Source: an uncultured Rhodocyclaceae bacterium (GTDB taxonomy: Bacteria > Pseudomonadota > Gammaproteobacteria > Burkholderiales > Rhodocyclaceae). From it: a stretch of DNA of 64,000 bases. The stretch is from the NCBI GenBank assembly GCA_964632965.1, contig CAZWFC010000001.1:804-64803 (forward strand). Direction: 5' to 3'. Made by a program: the position numbers and the translations under genes. Position 1 is the first letter of the stretch; every line of letters starts with the position of its first letter. Positions 61,856-64,000 of the stretch are shown here, piece by piece. Under the pieces are notes generated by a model. It ran no database searches and was not told where the DNA came from. It worked only from the letters and a program-made list of their open reading frames with translations.

Positions 61856-62688
61856 CGGACTGGAATCGCGACTGGCCGGCGCCGGCTAAGATCAATCTGT
61901 TCCTCCATGTGGTGGGCCGTCGCGACGACGGCTATCACCTGTTGCAGACCGTGTTCCGTTTCCTCGATTTCGGCGACGTGCTGCGCTTCGCGCCGCGCCC
62001 GGACGGCGCCATCGTCGCCGCCAATCCCCTGCCCGGCGTCGATCCGGAAACCGATCTCACGGTACGCGCGGCGCGCCTGCTGCAGGAAGCCGCGGGCGGT
62101 CGGGAGGGCGTGAGCATCGCGCTGGAGAAGCGCATCCCGATGGGCGGCGGACTCGGCGGCGGCAGTTCCGATGCGGCAACCACCCTGATCGCCCTGAACC
62201 GGCTCTGGAGCTGCGGCCTGTCGTCCGCCGACTTGCAGGCGCTGGGCCTTCGGCTCGGCGCCGACGTGCCGATCTTCATTCACGGCCGCAGCGCCTTCGC
62301 CGAAGGCGTGGGGGAGCGCTTTACCGACGTTTTTCCGCCGCCGGCCTGGTATCTGGTGACGATGCCGCATGTCGCCGTGCCGACGCCCGAAATTTTCCGT
62401 GCCGCCGACTTGCGGCGCGACACGCCGGCCATCGGCACGGGCGACTGGCGCCCCGGTTTCGGCGGCAACGACCTTGAAGCCGTGGCCTGCCGGCTCTACC
62501 CCGCAGTGGCCGAGCACCTCCGTTGGCTGCGGCAGCGCGCACCGGCCCGCATGAGCGGCTCGGGGGCCTGCTGCTTCGCGGAGTTCGCCGCCGCGGACGA
62601 AGCGCGTGCGGCGCTGGCTGCCCTGCCGGCGACCATGCGCGGTTTCGTCGCCTGTGGGCTGGACCGGCATCCTCTGGAAGATTCCTGA
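61840..62688 (+). CDS. ispE: 4-diphosphocytidyl-2-C-methyl-D-erythritol kinase
   Basis: PAPAKINLFLHVVGRRDDGYH, IPMGGGLGGGSSDAA (GHMP kinase motif). Confidence 0.95.
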   Translation: MASGIADWNRDWPAPAKINLFLHVVGRRDDGYHLLQTVFRFLDFGDVLRFAPRPDGAIVAANPLPGVDPETDLTVRAARLLQEAAGGREGVSIALEKRIPMGGGLGGGSSDAATTLIALNRLWSCGLSSADLQALGLRLGADVPIFIHGRSAFAEGVGERFTDVFPPPAWYLVTMPHVAVPTPEIFRAADLRRDTPAIGTGDWRPGFGGNDLEAVACRLYPAVAEHLRWLRQRAPARMSGSGACCFAEFAAADEARAALAALPATMRGFVACGLDRHPLEDS

Positions 62689-62757
62689 TTGACATCCGCA
62701 GCGGAAAGCCCGTAAAATCCGCGTCCTTTCGACGGTACTGCAAAAGTGCTGCCGAGT

Positions 62758-62834
62758 TGGGGAGTCGCCAAGCTGGTTAAGGCACTGGATTTTGATTCCA
62801 GCATGCGAAGGTTCGAATCCTTCCTCCCCAGCCA
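62758..62834 (+). tRNA. tRNA-Gln (anticodon TTG)
   Basis: Hand-folded cloverleaf. Acceptor TGGGGAG/CTCCCCA. Anticodon stem CTGGA/TCCAG with loop TT-TTG-AT. T-arm GAAGG-TTCGAAT-CCTTC. Discriminator G plus encoded CCA. Closely resembles E. coli tRNA-Gln. Confidence 0.9.
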
Positions 62835-62889
62835 AAATCCATAGCGGGCGGGCTTTCGATGCCTGCCCGATTTGTTTCCAGGGGCGCCC

Positions 62890-63840
62890 ATGGCCTTCGA
62901 CAGCCTGATGGTATTCACCGGCAACGCCAATCCCAAGTTGGCGACCGACGTCGTGAAACGGCTCAACATCAAGCTGGGTCGGGCCACGGTCGGCCGCTTC
63001 TCGGATGGCGAGATCACCGTCGAGATTCTCGAACATGTGCGTGGCCACGACTGCTTCATCCTGCAGCCGACCTGCCAGCCCACCAACGACAGCCTGATGG
63101 AAGTGGTGATCCTCGCCGACGCCCTCAAGCGCGCCTCGGCCGGCCGCATCACCGCCGCCATCCCCTATTTCGGCTATGCCCGCCAGGACCGCCGCCCGCG
63201 CTCGGCGCGCGTGCCGATCACGGCCAAGGTCATCGCCAACATGCTGCAGGCCGCCGGCGTGCAGCGCCTGCTGACGGTCGACCTTCACGCCGACCAGATC
63301 CAGGGCTTCTTCGACATCCCCGTCGACAACATCTACGCCGCGCCCATCCTGCTCGGCGACATCTGGAAGCAGAGCCATCCGGACCTGCTTGTGGTGTCGC
63401 CCGACGTCGGCGGCGTGGTGCGCGCACGCGCCATCGCCAAGCGCCTCGAATCCGACCTCGCCATCATCGACAAGCGTCGCCCGAAGGCCAACGTCTCGGA
63501 AGTGATGAACATCATCGGCGACGTCGATGGCCGCACCTGCGTCATCATGGACGACATCGTCGATACCGCCGGCACGCTGTGCAAGGCGGCCCAGGCACTG
63601 AAGCAGCAAGGCGCCAAGCGCGTGCTGGCCTACTGTACCCACCCGGTTCTGTCGGGTTCCGCCGTCGCCCGCATCGCCGAATCCGAACTCGACGAGCTGG
63701 TCGTCACCGACACCATTCCGCTGCGCGAGGATGCCCGCGCCTGCAAGCGCATCCGCGTCGTGCCGATCGCCGGCCTGCTGGCGGAGACCCTGCTGCGCAT
63801 CAGCAACGAGGAATCGGTGTCCTCGCTGTTCATGGACTGA
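62890..63840 (+). CDS. prs: Ribose-phosphate pyrophosphokinase
   Basis: ORF 62872..63840; ATG 62890 preferred ([18 protein letters not shown]). [42 protein letters not shown]. Confidence 0.95.
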   Translation: MAFDSLMVFTGNANPKLATDVVKRLNIKLGRATVGRFSDGEITVEILEHVRGHDCFILQPTCQPTNDSLMEVVILADALKRASAGRITAAIPYFGYARQDRRPRSARVPITAKVIANMLQAAGVQRLLTVDLHADQIQGFFDIPVDNIYAAPILLGDIWKQSHPDLLVVSPDVGGVVRARAIAKRLESDLAIIDKRRPKANVSEVMNIIGDVDGRTCVIMDDIVDTAGTLCKAAQALKQQGAKRVLAYCTHPVLSGSAVARIAESELDELVVTDTIPLREDARACKRIRVVPIAGLLAETLLRISNEESVSSLFMD

Positions 63841-63847
63841 TTTTTTT

Positions 63848-63900
63848 GCCGCGATTCCTTCGCGGCTCAACCTGAATCGTCTGGTCGCGGACGATTTTTT
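63848..63900 (+). terminator. Two stem-loops after prs; the second is a rho-independent-terminator-like hairpin with a T-run
   Basis: GCCGCGA-ttcct-TCGCGGC (63848-63866). AATCGTC-tggtcgcg-GACGATT followed by TTTT (63875-63900). Confidence 0.45.
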
Positions 63901-63914
63901 ACTGGAGCAACAAA

Positions 63915-64000
63915 ATGCAAATAGAATTTAACGCGCAAGCGCGCGAACTGCAGGGAACGGGTGCGAGCCGCCGTCTGCGTCGCGCCGGCCGGGTCCCCGG
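63915..64000 (+). CDS. rplY: 50S ribosomal protein L25/general stress protein Ctc, partial (5' end only)
   Basis: GGAG 8 nt upstream of the ATG. MQIEFNAQARELQGTGASRRLRRAGRVP matches the L25 N-terminus. It holds the usual position after prs. Confidence 0.8.
   Translation, partial: MQIEFNAQARELQGTGASRRLRRAGRVP

Noticed and set aside
62758-64000. Genomic island or integrative element at tRNA-Gln
   Set aside because: The tRNA is flanked by conserved housekeeping genes (ispE, prs, rplY). I saw no integrase, direct repeat of the tRNA 3' end, or compositional break.

Overview
High-GC (roughly two-thirds G+C by eye) proteobacterial chromosome segment. The gene order lolB-ispE-tRNA-Gln-prs-rplY and ftsY | M16-M16-rsmD-coaD-fdx looks betaproteobacterial, possibly Rhodocyclales-like; this is inference only. 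Positions 1-48100 are an unusually dense envelope metal-acquisition region. It holds 7 TonB-dependent receptors (TBDRs), 2 tonB-exbB-exbD sets and 3 ECF-sigma/FecR pairs. It also holds 4 NosL-superfamily genes without any nosZ, an SCO1/SenC homolog, a TlpA-like thioredoxin, a P1B Cu-ATPase operon, a PepSY-TM protein and an FGE/SUMF1-like protein. Many ligand motifs point to copper (Met-rich tracts, a CxxxM/HxM receptor motif, CxxC, His runs). Positions 48100-64000 are housekeeping genes: ftsEX, ftsY, two M16 peptidases, rsmD, coaD, ferredoxin, mutM, a TPR protein, lolB, ispE, tRNA-Gln, prs and rplY. I saw no rRNA, CRISPR, transposase, integrase or phage genes. Three observations stand out. (1) A TonB-gated operon at 6091-13669 embeds an ATP-dependent Fe-S reductase pair (an HgdC-type activase plus a single HGD-D/double-cubane-type subunit). 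Its neighbours are a NapH-like membrane Fe-S protein, a CcdA/TauE-like permease and a Met-rich periplasmic protein. I know of no characterised system with this architecture. (2) A 17-bp palindrome, TGCGRCA-N3-TGYCGCA (core GCGNC-N5-GNCGC, the RegA/PrrA/RegR type), recurs in at least 9 intergenic regions. One occurrence is a five-unit array, and an orphan RegA-like regulator is encoded in the same locus. (3) Three paralogous Tat-exported proteins carry a Cys4 (TRASH-like) motif and a NosL-like domain. Two of them sit immediately downstream of sigma/anti-sigma-controlled TBDR transducers. Many long ORFs in the supplied track are antisense or out-of-frame shadows typical of high-GC DNA, and I rejected them.
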